Of a DNA stretch of 64,000 nucleotides, positions 26,701-39,863 are shown in pieces. The DNA is from the human T2T-CHM13v2.0 reference genome, Homo sapiens. The translations under genes and the position numbers were made by a program. The stretch's first letter is position 1, and each line of letters starts with the position of its first letter. The stretch spans positions 22,656,001 to 22,720,000 of the forward strand of contig CP068257.2 in assembly GCA_009914755.4 (NCBI GenBank). Reading direction: 5' to 3'. Below the pieces are notes generated by a model. That model was given only the letters and a program-made list of their open reading frames with translations, did no database searches and had not been told where the DNA came from.

Positions 26701-27384
26701 CCTGGAAGAAAAGTGAGAGAATGAGAGGAGCTTGAAGTGAAGCACTATTGGTGCGCACTAGGACCCCCTCTCTCAGCTGGAGATGAAGTCAGAGGTGGGC
26801 TGAGGATACAGAGCACAGGACCCTAAAAGCCTCTGCTACTGCTGATCCCCTGTACTACTGCCCTATCAGGCTCCACATTAATTCCATTTTCTCACTCTTC
26901 AGTGGAGCTGCCAGTAACAATCTGTAAAGCAGACTTATGGGTTAGTGAAATAGGAACCTGCTGCAGTGGATCCTGAAAATCAGTATGTATCAACAGGACA
27001 GAAAATATGTGAAAAATCAGCTTTCTACCATGTGGTTGGCTGATCACCTTGAGTAATCCTACCATCTCTCAGGCTCAATGTCAGATTCTGTTGCTGACAC
27101 AGTGGGCATTCAGCAGTGGCATTCCAAATGTATGCTCCTTAAAAGATAACAGCAGACTATTGGATCCATGCCTAGCCTCTATCTTGGCCACTAAGTCTAC
27201 CCTATTAGTGAACCATTTCACAAGCAGTTGTGTGAACTTATTTTAACATATTTTGAAGGGCATGTATGCTGATGATTAATAACCTTAGTTTTTGTTTGAG
27301 AAATTTTTTATGTCTTTTTCATTTCTGAAAGATAATTTCACTAGATATGGAATTTTAGGGTTTTTTTGGTTTATTTCAACAGTT

Positions 27385-27850
<466 letters not shown>

Positions 27851-29639
27851 TAATGTAGAAATCATAGTGTATGACATATAGCCTAGGTGTGTAATAGGCT
27901 ATGTCATCGAGATTTGTGTAAGTATACTCTTTGATGTTTGCACAATGATGAAATCACCTAACCATGCGTTTATCAGAACTCATCCCTGACCCTAAGTGAC
28001 GCATGACTGTATTATGAAGAACAAAATTAAATTTGAATTTTCAAAATTAGTTGGAAAGATCAGGGATGATATATTGAAAAGTATTGAAAATTAAATTTAC
28101 AGCTCAGAATTTTAATGCCTTGTTAATATTTTTGAAGGTCTGCTTCAAAAAATCAAAAAATATTTCAAAAAAATTATATATTCATAAGATTAATATGTTT
28201 CTATAACTGCAGGACAGCATTCTTGTTTCTTTATTAAAGGAAAATTATTTTAAATTATTACTAACATGGACACATTCTATGTAAGTTGAATGTACAGTAA
28301 TTTTATACAGTTAAATGTATTTTGCTATCCAGATAGATAATTTCATAACTTGGTATTTTATTTCCTATATTGTATAGATTAATTATATAGTATACATAAT
28401 TTTTTTTGCTTTAACCCTGCAATAATTGAGCAACTCATAATAAAAGAAATTGTGAATTATTTGATGTAGAATTTTACAAGAAATATCTAAAAACGTTGGG
28501 TATTAATGTTATTAATTATAAACTGATAAATTATGTTTTATATATAGATATTAGAGATAACAAATTACAACTTTTAGACACTCTAAATAATACTGGGGAA
28601 AATATACCATTAAAGTAAGAAAATACTGAATTTCATTCCAATTAGGATCATGTACTACCTTTTGGCATTTTCCACTGTACCCTAATGTCAAGAGACCTAA
28701 TATTTCAAGGATGTATTCAACAAATATACTGTTGCTATAATATTATTTAGCAGAGATTTCTTAGATTGCTATGTGGATTAGAAAATTTAATGTATATTTT
28801 AAAACACCTGTGTGTCACATGTAAGAAGACCTCCATTTATTTTAGCTCATAGAGATAACTATATACATTATATATGCATTATAGATCACACATATGCCAT
28901 ACACACATGCACACACACATACACACACACTCTAACAAAGCCTAAAACATGTAGCAAAATTTATAAATATGTTGGACTAAAATGTCTATATGTCATTGCA
29001 ATTAAGGAATTGAGACAGTCTTCTACTTTTTCTTAGGAAAAAGAAAAGATATTTATTAGGAATTATGCATATCATGATTTTGTTGATTATTAGTCAGGAT
29101 AAATGAAGGGATTAAACAAATTCATTTTATTTTCATGTTTTGCAGAATGTTTATGTTGGTGAATTAGTGGATGAAATAGACCTCTATTCAGCAAATAATC
29201 TTATGTATCTTCTATTTTTAAAAATTATTTATCATTTTTGTTGATACATAATTGTGCATATTTATGGGGAACATACAATATTTTGATGCATACATATGAT
29301 GTGTAATGATCAAATCAGACTGTTTGGAATATCCATTACCTCAAACATTTATCATTTTTTTTGCGTTGAGAACAGCTAGATTCTTCTAGCTATTTTGAAA
29401 AATACAATAAATAATTGTTAACTATGGTCACGCTACTGTGCTATCAGACACTAGAACTTATTCTATCTGTTTAACTGCATGTTTGTGCCCATTATCCAAA
29501 CTTTTTTATCCTGCCCCCCACCCTCTTTCCCCCACTGTGGTAACTATCATTCTACCTTTTACCTCTGAGATCAACGTTTATAGCTCTCAATATGAGTCAG
29601 AACATGTAATGTTTGTCTTTTCTGTGCCTGCCTTTTTTC

Positions 29640-29985
29640 ACTTAACACAATCACCTTCAGTTCCATTCAGGTTGCTGCACATGACAGGATTTCATTCATT
29701 TTTATGGCCAAATCATATTCCATTGTATTTATACACAACATTTTCTTTATCCATTCATCCACTGGTGGACACTTAGGTTGATTCCATCTTGGGTTTTGTG
29801 AATAGTGCTGCAATAAACGTAGGGGTGCAGGCATCCCTTTGATGTACCGATATTCCTTCCTTTAAATAAATACCCACTACTGGGATTGCTGGATCATATG
29901 GTAGGTCCATTTTTAGTCTTCTGAGAATCTTCCATACTGTTTTTAATAATGTGTGGAGGAAATTCTTAAATAAAGAAACCTCAAA
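29640..29985 (-). mobile_element. Old L1 3' fragment (ORF2 C-terminal region), minus orientation
   Basis: ...catattccattgtatttatacacaacattttctttatccattcatccactggtggacacttaggttgattccatcttgggttttgtgaatagtgctgcaataaacgtaggggtgcagg ... tacccactactgggattgctggatcatatggtaggtccatttttagtcttctgagaatcttccatactgttttt. The ORF 29773-30003 (-) is an L1 ORF2 C-terminal-like remnant (...DPAIPVVGIYLKE...). Confidence 0.6.
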
Positions 29986-30082
29986 CTGGGCATGATGTTG
30001 CATGCCTGTAATTCCAGGTACTGTGGCCAGAGGATCTCTTGAAGAGCCCAGGAGTTTGAGTCCAACCTGGCAATATAGTGAG
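29986..30082 (+). mobile_element. Free Alu monomer-like fragment (FLAM/FRAM-like)
   Basis: ctgggcatgatgttgcatgcctgtaattccaggtactgtggccagaggatctcttgaagagcccaggagtttgagtccaacctggcaatatagtgag. Confidence 0.55.
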
Positions 30083-30084
30083 TT

Positions 30085-31282
30085 TCTGTTTTTTTTTTTT
30101 TTGTATTTGGATTTTTTTAATTTTTTTTTGTTATACTTTAAGTTCTAGGGTACATGTGCACAACGTGCAGGTTTGTTACATATGTATACATGTGCCATGT
30201 TGGTGTGCTGCACCCATTAACTCGTCATTTACATTAGGTGTATCTCCTAATGCTATCCCTCCCCTCCCCCCCACAACAGGCCCCGGTGAGTGATGTTCCC
30301 CTTCCTATGTCCAGGTGTTCTCATTGTTCAATTCCGACCTATGAGTGACAACATGCGGTGTTTGGTTTTTTGTCCTTGCAATAGTTTGCTGAGAATGATG
30401 GTTTCCAGCTTCAACCATGTCCCTACAAAGGACATGAGCTCATCCTTTTTTATGGCTGCATAGTATTCCATGGTGTATATGTGCCACATTTTCTTAATCC
30501 AGTCTATCATTGATGAACATTTGGGTTGGTTCCAAGTCTTTGCTATTGTGAATAGTGCCGCAATAAACATATGTGTGCATGTGTCTTTATAGCAGCATGA
30601 TTTATAATCCTTGGATATATACCCAGTAATGGGATGGCTGGGTCAAATGGTATTTCTAGTTCTAGATCCTTAAGGAATCGCCACACTGTCTTCCACAATG
30701 GTTGAACTAGTTTACAGTCCTACCAACAGTGTAAAAGTGTTCCTATTTCTCCATATCCTCTCCAGCACCTGTTGTTTCCTGACTTTTTAATGATCTCCAT
30801 TCTAATTGGTGTGAGATGGTATTTCATTGTGGTTTTGATTTGCATTTCTCTGATGGCCAGTGATGATGAGCTTCTTCATGTGTCTTTTGGCTGCATAAAT
30901 GTCTTCTTTTGAAGTGTCTGTTCGTATCCTTCGCCCACTTTTTGATGGGGTTGTTTGTTTTTTTCTTGTAAATTTGTTTAAGTTCATTGTAGATTCTGGA
31001 TATTAGCCCTTTGTCAGATGAGTAGATTACAAAAATTTTCTCCCATTCTGTAGGTTGCCTGTTCACTCTGATGGTAGTTTCTTTTGCTGTGCAGAAGTTC
31101 TTTAGTTTAATTAGATCCCATTTGTCAATGTTGGCTTTTGTTGCCATTGCTTTTGGTGTTTTAGACATGAAGTCCTTGCCCATGCCTATGTCCTGAATGG
31201 TATTGCCTAGGTTTTCTTCTAGGGTTTTTATGGTTTTGGGTCTAACATTTAAGTCTTTAATCCATCTTGAATTAATTTTTCT
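30085..31282 (-). mobile_element. L1 LINE (L1PA-like, young primate subfamily), 3' terminal about 1.2 kb, minus orientation
   Basis: poly-T then ttatactttaagttctagggtacatgtgcacaacgtgcaggtttgttacatatgtatacatgtgccatgttggtgtgctgcacccattaactcgtcatttacattaggtgtatctcctaatgctatccctcccc ... gtgtgagatggtatttcattgtggttttgatttgcatttctctgatggccagtgatgatgag. The ORFs 30328-30570 (-) and 30824-31183 (-) are L1 ORF2 C-terminal peptides ([51 protein letters not shown]...). Confidence 0.92.
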
Positions 31283-33943
31283 TTCTATTTCTAAAAAAAA
31301 ATTTAAAAATCTTATTCAAAATTTCAGGAGTTGACTTCAATTCCAGAAGTTTGGATAGCTTTAAGACTGACATATTAACAAGATTATTGCCCCCCTAGTG
31401 GTTCCAAATTTGCCTGGGAGTAGTTTGATAGTGATGCACCATTTCAGAAAGGATGAGGGAAGTGTATTAGAAAGGAGATTTCTAGTGGTGAGTTTGGATT
31501 TTTTCTCACATGCAAAACAATGAAACTTTAGTAAAATTTGTAAAAGCAAAAAATAGAAAGACTCTGACTTTTTTCAGTGATGTGCCTCTACCTAATTAGC
31601 TCAATTGCATCATTTTTTATTCCCCAGGAAATAATTGTTCTGGACATTTCCTCTCCAACCACTCTAAGATCTTTCATTTCACTATGTAATTCTTGTTTCA
31701 ATAACATATATTAATATGTTAATAATATTTCTGCAATTTTTAATCTCTTATGATAATGTCATAGATCAAAACAGCTCATGCAATATTACTTGTTACTGAT
31801 TGCCTTGGGTATTTTAATAGTGTCTTAACACTTGAAATAAAACAAAAATTAGGATATCTTTAATCACATGCCCACTCCTTTTCTCTTTTCATCTCCATGC
31901 CTCTCTTTTCTCATCTTATTATTATATTCTTATCCAGTCAGTACAACTTCAGATCTTGTGCTGCTCATCACCACATCCACTCAGAAATACAAAGTATTGA
32001 TATGTTCTCATTAAAGTCTCAGTCCTGTTTAACTCATCAGTGTAAGCATATAGTTGTGTCTCGGACTGGTTGTCACACCACACACTGTGTTATAAACAGG
32101 CACAGAAGGTGCTCAGTCTTTGCCCATTAACCTTGGGAATGGCTATTTGTTGCATCCAAGAAGGCTCTATGTATGTCTACACTTTGTTTGATAGGGTGAT
32201 TGTAAGAGGATTACAAGTTACATAAGCAGGCAGAATAATCTCCTAATTAGAGATAGGGCTAGAAATCAATTCCTCTTTGTACAACATAATGACAATGCCT
32301 TTTAAACATTTAAAGGTTCTTTCTGAGCAGTAGATCTTGTCACTATTGCTCATTAACTTCTCAGCCAATGTTATGTGGGTCATGGTAGCTTTGTGTACAT
32401 TGCAAATATTACAAGTCAGTCACATTTAAATTTACTGTCTATTTTAAGATTTGAAAATGTTGCTTGATTCTAGTCAAAGAAAGCAATACATAACATTTGC
32501 AACAAAAGAGCTTATGGAAAAAAAGACATCATTAACCTGTGAGATCTATGTTAGTCAGAGTTTCATCTCTATTTACATACAGATGCAGTGTACACACATA
32601 CACACAGATACTCTTCCTCTGTTTATTAAAACTTTCATGTAATAGTGGCTGGCACAATAACATAAAATTATTCCTATGAAATAACATACTTTTATTTATT
32701 TTTCCTGATTTTTAAAAATGAACAAAACAAGTTGTTAGTCCATTTCTATAGAATTAGCTTCCCAAATGAAGAATTCATTCAAAATTGTTTGAAGGACTTG
32801 AATAATTATTGATTCACTGAACACAATGACATATAATATCTATGCACAAATGCAAGTTTCACACATAGGCAATGGGAAAACCATTAGTTTTAAAAATGTT
32901 TCTGTATTTTCTCCACAGAGCTAGAGATTGTATTACTTTCATTCATTCTTCATTTTCTTTCAAATAAACATTATACCATGTGGTTAGCTGGAAATGTACT
33001 TAAAATGTCTATAAAGCCTGAGACAAATTTCATTTCAGAAATAAAAGCATATATGGAGGAAATAGGATGGGATTATTTGGGAAGTAACTCATTGAATCAC
33101 TAATTAACTCTACATAGAAACACTGATGTTAGAAAAAGGAAGAAGGAAAGAAAGAAATATGTTCGTGAGATCTATTGTAGAGTTTCCTTTGTAATTAAAG
33201 AATCAATTAACAAATATAAAATACAATATCTTTGAACTTATTAATAATTAACTTTCTGGCCCACAGATTTAATAGTTAAGTTTTTCTAATAATGGCAGGT
33301 GGAAGATAAATGAATAACAATCTTAGTTCTTTGCTGGAGTTCAATACAATAGTCAGATATACCACACATGTATAAGTATAATCACATGCATATTTGCAAG
33401 TTTACCCAATAATATACAATTATATATGTTTGACTCTATGTGTCAGTATTTATATAACTTCTAGCACCATAGAACTGTGCATTTTCATAAAGATACAGTT
33501 TTCTTCTGGAAACAAATCCTAGTATTTTAATTTTGGCTATCATATTAAAAATTAAACAATACAGAGGCAATAATTCTCAAGATGTTTTAGTTCCTGTATA
33601 AGCGATCATCTTCACTTTATATGTTTGGGATAGCAAAGATAAAATTTTCATGAATGCTATATATCTTACACTTCTTTCTTCTTTATACTTGCTCTGCAAA
33701 AAGGCAAACTTTTCTATAAAGGCACCAGATATTCTATAAATGTGACAGATATTTGAATTACTAAATAAATTGCATACCCAATAAAATTAGTCTATATATA
33801 CACCCTCAATAACTATGAAACAAAATTTGAAATAGACCTTCTTTTACCCTGATTTAATTTATTTATTCGTTTAATTTTTGGTCTTCCAGAATATTGGGTA
33901 CATTCTTAAAACAGGTGGAATGGGGAATGGAGACAAGTATCAG

Positions 33944-34206
<263 letters not shown>

Positions 34207-35642
34207 TTATTAAGAAATAACTGCATGACTTTCTCATTTTAGCCTTTGTAAAAAGAAAGCTGAACATTCATTAGAATGAAGGACTGTAAAGAATGCTGTC
34301 AGTTTTAGCCCTCAAGACATATTTTGAAGATATTTGTAAGAAAATGGGAAAAGCATCTCTCTCCTTCTTTATCTGAATACTGCTGAGTTAAACATCATGT
34401 GGGTTGTATGTACTGTTACAAGAACCTAGACACTTGGTAGGGCACTGAAGAGCTTTGGGAAACCCTCACAAGTCCTCAGGAATTTGGGAAGAATAGAGAC
34501 TTCTGTCTGCTTTTCACCTGCTTCTCAAAAACGTACACAGCAGGAGATCCTAATTTTGATTATGTTCCCTGATGAAGCTGTGCTCAGAGAGCACAAAACC
34601 AGTGAAGTGATGTTTTTACTTTCTTCTCCTGCCTTCTCTCTCCTCCTCTGAGCCTGAAGTGTCCATAGCCAGCAGGATCGAAAGGTGACGGGGTGGAAGA
34701 TGAGTAATGAGAACATCTCATTGCCCAACTCCCCGTCCAAATTGTGCACCAGGCCTGACCTGCAGGATGGGAGAACTTAGAATCGAGTGCAAATTAGTTT
34801 TGGTTTAGATTGGATTGGTCTTTCATACTGAACATGAAGCCAAACCTAAGCTAAAAGGTTACAGAAAACTATTTATTATGTAAGATATGTACACCAAGGA
34901 TGGAAAATGGAATTCTGACAAAACATTTGTAAAGACCATGGTGGGATAAAAATGGTAAAAAGCATAATTATCAGATTGTTTATTAGTGATCCCCACACAT
35001 TAAGTAAATTGCCTCTGCCTAAAAGTAGTTAGGTTTCAGGAAAACTCTTCTACTCAGAATACAGAGAGGCAAGAGCAGAGACTCAACGCTGTTCGTGTGA
35101 AGAATATGGGACTTTTCCCCAACAGCAATCATTTACCTATCACTTTTTTCTCGTTGCCAAAAATCTAATAATTGAATATTGTTTGGGGAAAGTATTTCAT
35201 AGAAAATCTTCATGAAGACACAAATGTAGATGTGTACACTACTATTACTATGTAGTCCTAAATTATTAACTATGACAGGTGCCTTAAAATTACTAGCTTT
35301 CTCCAAAAAAATACTTTACACTGTCAAGGAAGGTTTTTGAATAACAAGTTCTATAAATCTGAAAACCAAAGACAATTATCATTACATCACGGAATGCCAG
35401 ATGTAATAGGCTAATCAGAAGAAGGCTGATCCTCCTAAGAAATTTCCAGTTCCTCCCAATTAAGCCACACACCTAGATGAACATATGTGATGTAGAGTGG
35501 CTGAAGGAGGGGAGATTTTTAGAAAAGAAAAAACTGGGCAACAATATTTAAGGTTAATAAAGATTTGATTATATTCTATTATATTTTATATTTGTAGTGA
35601 CTCATATGAGCATAAAAACACATATAAAAAATTGATTGACTT

Positions 35643-36004
<362 letters not shown>

Positions 36005-36600
36005 TTAATCTATTGAACATTAAAACAAATGAACCAAAAGCATAAAAACATCATACTCAGTGGTATGGTGCCAATTGCTATGAATTCAGTTCCACCCTGA
36101 ACTAAATAGCAACCAGTACATAATTATCAGAAAATTTAAAATGACACATAATTTGCAGAAAAGACAAAAAGGTTGCCAACATTTTAAGATAATATACCAA
36201 AATATCTATATTTTTATTCATTTATTAAAGTAAAAAAGTTTGTCAATGTGCAGAAATCAAAGGCACATTATAGATTAGCAATGTAGCTATGTACTTTTAA
36301 GAATATTCCATTTAAACTATCATCAAAGTATGACATCTATAGGAATAAATACAACTAAAGTTGTCTAAAATCTTAACGGTAAAAATTTTAAGACTTCGAA
36401 GAAATTTATAAGATATATTTTTAATAACAATGATACCTATAAATTTAATTTAATGTTCAGAATACGTAAGAATTACAATGAGCCACTAAGAAAAAACATT
36501 TGCAAAAAAAGAGCAAAATATATCAACTAGAACTTCATTCGTGAAGAAGCATGTTATTATGTAGAAGAATACAAATTAAATTGCAGAGATACAATTTTAT

Positions 36601-36705
36601 AATCATCACCAAAAGGATGGAGAAGTAGAAGAGAAGGAGGAAGAGGAAGAGGAAGAGGAGGGCAGGAAGATGAGGAAGAGAAGGAAGAGAAGGTAGAAAA
36701 TAAAA
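36601..36705. repeat. Polypurine (GAA/GAG)n-rich tract, about 100 bp almost pure purine on the plus strand
   Basis: ggagaagtagaagagaaggaggaagaggaagaggaagaggagggcaggaagatgaggaagagaaggaagagaaggtagaaaataaaagaaaaaaagg. Source of the LPSLPSLP and LFLFL ORF 36535-36738 (-). Confidence 0.85.
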
Positions 36706-37038
36706 GAAAAAAAGGATATTACCAGTATTTGTTATCATGAAGAAGTATTACTCAGTAGAACCACTTATAACTGGTTGGCATCACCTATTAAAGTATAACA
36801 TGACTGAGTGCATCCTACAACCGAGAAAATGTCTTGCTAAGTATATATTCTAGAGAAACTCATCTTCATTTATAAAGAAGGGTTTTTTTAATTAAAAATA
36901 TTCAAGTTTCAACCTTGCATCAGAAACTGATCAAGATATTAAAAATGCAACAGTGAGCAAAATGCAGTTCTCTGGTTTCTTGGAGTTTTAATTCCATTGG
37001 GAGAAATAAATATTAACATACCTATATAAAATACTTCA

Positions 37039-37330
37039 GACCAGGCACAGTGGTTCATGCCTGTAATCCCAGCACTTCGGGAGGCCGAGGCGGGCAGATC
37101 ACGAGGTCAGGAGTTTGAGACCAGCCTGACCAACATGGTGAAACCTCGTCTCTACTAAAAATACAAAAATTAGCTGGGCGTGGTGGTGGGTGCCTGTAAT
37201 CCCAGCTACTCGAGAGGCCGAGGCAGGAGAATCGCTTAAACCCGGAGATGGAGGTTGCAGTGAGCGAAGATCGTGCCACTGCACTCCAGCCTGGGTGACA
37301 GAGCCAGACTCTGTTTCAAACAAACAACCC
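37039..37330 (+). mobile_element. Alu SINE (AluS-like), plus orientation
   Basis: gaccaggcacagtggttcatgcctgtaatcccagcacttcgggaggccgaggcgggcagatcacgaggtcaggagtttgagaccagcctgaccaacatggtgaaacctcgtctctactaaaaatacaaaaattagctgggcgtggtggtgggtgcctgtaatcccagctactcgagaggccgaggcaggagaatcgcttaaacccggagatggaggttgcagtgagcgaagatcgtgccactgcactccagcctgggtgacagagccagactctgtttcaaacaaacaa. Confidence 0.92.
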
Positions 37331-37678
37331 AAAAAACCCACAAAATACTTCAGATGTTGATAAGAAAAGGAAAGCAGTCAGGGCAGGCAATAAGTAGTGG
37401 AAATTGACCTGAGACATTTTCCCCAGAAATGACAATTTGGGAAAAAGGTTTAAATGAGGTAAAGGAGACAGCTCTGCATATTTGAGGATGAGGATTTCAG
37501 GCATAGGAAACAGCATGTGCAAAGAACAGGCGACATGAATGCCTGAAAATTTTGAGGAACAGCATGTCCGGAATTTTGACAGTAGCTGGTTTCTCTGAAA
37601 GAAAAATATGAAAACATCTCTCATTTACATTACTAGTGAAATGAATAAATTATGCTACATTTGTGAAAAATAATATTC

Positions 37679-38410
37679 TTTTTTTTTAATCATACTTTAA
37701 GTTTTAGGGTACATGTGCACAATGTGCAGGTTTGTTACATATGTATACATGTGCCATGTTGGTGTGCTGCACCCATTAACTCATCATTTAATATTAGGTA
37801 TATCTCCTAATGCTGTCCCTCCCCCCTCCCCCCACCCCACAACAGGCCCCGGTGTGTGATGTTCCCCTTCCTGTGTCCATGGGTTCTCATTGTTCAATTC
37901 CCACCTATCAGTGAGAACATACAGTGTTCAGGTTTTGTCCTTGCGATAGTTTGCTGAGAATGATGGTTTCCAGCTTCATCCATGTCCCTACAAAGGACAT
38001 CAACTCATCATTTTTTATGGCTGCATAGTATTCCATGGTGTATATGTGCCACATTTTCTTAATCCAGTCTATCATTGTTGGACATTTGGCTAGGTTCCAA
38101 GTCTTTGCTATCGTGAGTAGTGCTGCAATAAACATATGTGTGCATGTGTCTTTATAGCAGCATGATTTATAATCCTTTGGGTATATACCCAGTAATGGGA
38201 TGGCTGGGTCAAATGGTATTTCTAGTTCTAGATCCCTGAGGAATTGCCACACTGTCTTCCACAATGGTTGAACTAGTTTACAGTCCACCAACAGTGTAAA
38301 AGTATTCCTATTTCTCCACATCCTCTCCAGCACCTGTTGTTTCCTGACTTTTTAATGATTGCCATTCTAACTGGTGTGAGATGGTATCTCATTGTGGTTT
38401 TGATTTGCAT
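37679..38410 (-). mobile_element. L1 LINE (L1PA-like), 3' terminal about 0.73 kb, minus orientation
   Basis: (T)n aatcatactttaagttttagggtacatgtgcacaatgtgcaggtttgttacatatgtatacatgtgccatgttggtgtgctgcacccattaactcatcatttaatattaggtatatctcctaatgctgtccctcccccctcccccc ... gtgtgagatggtatctcattgtggttttgatttgcat. The ORF 37908-38333 (-) is an L1 ORF2 C-terminus (...[67 protein letters not shown]...). Confidence 0.92.
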
Positions 38411-38949
38411 GATCAGGAATGTAATGTTCTGATTCCATTTTTTAAATCTGACAGCTGACAGCTTTTAATTCCCACTCTTTTCTCTTCTCTGCTTTCTATA
38501 ACTATGAAAACCAATAAGAAAACCTGATTACTTTCTTCTTTGGTGCCAATTAGAATCTCTGTCCTATGCAGACACCAGATCAGCCATGGGAACCCTCACT
38601 GTGCTCTCATACTCCAACCACAACAACAGACAATGCCAATTCTTGTCTTTCAACCCAGTTTTAGACCTTGCTCTTTCGACCCAGTTTTAGACCTGCTTGT
38701 TAGCTCTCTTGCTCTTCTAGAAAGCCTTATTATTTGAGCGTAAACATTTACATACCCTGTTGGCATATGTGTGGCACCTCAGCAACTGCGGTGGATTTTA
38801 TATGGGGAATCCCATCTTGCCTCCATATAGAGACCACAAGACAACTGCCACAAAGCAGTGTGTGCAGGTGATGATGATCAGTACTGATAGGGTGTTTGTC
38901 TTATCTTGCTTTGGCTTCCTAAATGGTGTGTAACCTTCTGTCTGCATAC

Positions 38950-39246
38950 TTTTTTTTTTTCTCTTTTAAGTTGGAGTCTCGCTCTCTCACCCATGCTGGA
39001 GTGCAATGGTGCAATCTTGGCTCACTGCAACCATCGCCTCCCGGGTTCAAGCGATTCTCATGTCTCAGCCTCCTGAGTAGCTGGGACTACAGCCATGTGC
39101 CAACACTCCCGGCTAATCTTTGTATTTTTAGTAGAGATGGGGTTTCACCATGTTGGCCAGGCTGGTGTTGAACTCCTAGCCTCAGGTGATCTGCCCACCT
39201 TGGCCACCCAAAGTGCTGGGATTACAGGCGTGAGCCACCGTGCCTG
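38950..39246 (-). mobile_element. Alu SINE (AluS-like), minus orientation
   Basis: (T)12 ctcttttaagttggagtctcgctctctcacccatgctggagtgcaatggtgcaatcttggctcactgcaaccatcgcctcccgggttcaagcgattctcatgtctcagcctcctgagtagctgggactacagccatgtgccaacactcccggctaatctttgtatttttagtagagatggggtttcaccatgttggccaggctggtgttgaactcctagcctcaggtgatctgcccaccttggccacccaaagtgctgggattacaggcgtgagccaccgtgcctg. Confidence 0.92.
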
Positions 39247-39484
39247 TCTCCTGCATAATCTTTGAGTTGTGTTGCTGCCTACAGGCAAAGTTGCACTTTG
39301 AGTTGAGCTTCTTTGTGCTGCATTTGCTGAGTTCTGCCATGCTTCTGTTATAGACTTAACTGACCAATATCAGAAGTATCCTTACTGGCATCTGAAGAAA
39401 GGATTAAGAAATTGGGACCTTCCTTAAAGGGGCCTTGGCTCCTGCATCATAACCTGCATTTATCTGTATTTCAGATTAAGGCAT

Positions 39485-39863
39485 GTGTCTTGATTCTGTC
39501 TAGTTTTTTCAGCCTTCTATAAAAAATACCAAAAACTGAGAAGGTTATAAACAAAAGAAATTTCCTTCTCATAGTTCTGAAGTCTGGGAAGTTCATGAAC
39601 AAGTTGCTGGCAGATTCAATGCCTGGTGAGGGCCTGCTTTCTCGTTCACTGATGGTCATCTTCACCTTGCGTTCTCACATGATGGACAGGGCTAGCTAGC
39701 TCTCTGGGGCCTCTTTTATGTGGGCACTACTACCATTCATGAGAGCTCTGCCCTCACAATCTAATCATCTCTCAAATGCCATCATCTCCTAATGTTATCA
39801 CCTTGGGAATTAATATTTTAGCAGATGAATTTTGGGAGAACACATATATTCAGACAATAACAT
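39485..39863 (-). mobile_element. ERVL-MaLR solo LTR (MLT1-like), antisense orientation
   Basis: tgtcttgattctgtctagttttttcagccttctataaaaaataccaaaaactgagaaggttataaacaaaagaaatttccttctcatagttctgaagtctgggaagttcatgaacaag ... ggtgagggcctgctttctcgttcactgatggtcatcttcaccttgcgttctcacatgatgg ... ctctctggggcctcttttatgtgggcactactaccattcatgagagctctgccctcacaatctaatcatctctcaaatgccatcatctcctaatgttatcaccttggg ... acacatatattcagacaataaca. Confidence 0.65.

Noticed and set aside
30328-31183. ORFs 30328-30570 (-) and 30824-31183 (-), plus the similar 37908-38333 (-), 58445-58867 (-), 62890-63282 (-), 47273-47671 (-), 49488-49670 (-) and 15821-16009 (+), as protein-coding genes
   Set aside because: All translate to recognisable fragments of L1 ORF2 (endonuclease, reverse-transcriptase or C-terminal regions). 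They sit inside L1 copies that are 5'-truncated and frame-disrupted. They are retrotransposon remnants, not host genes or intact transposase genes.
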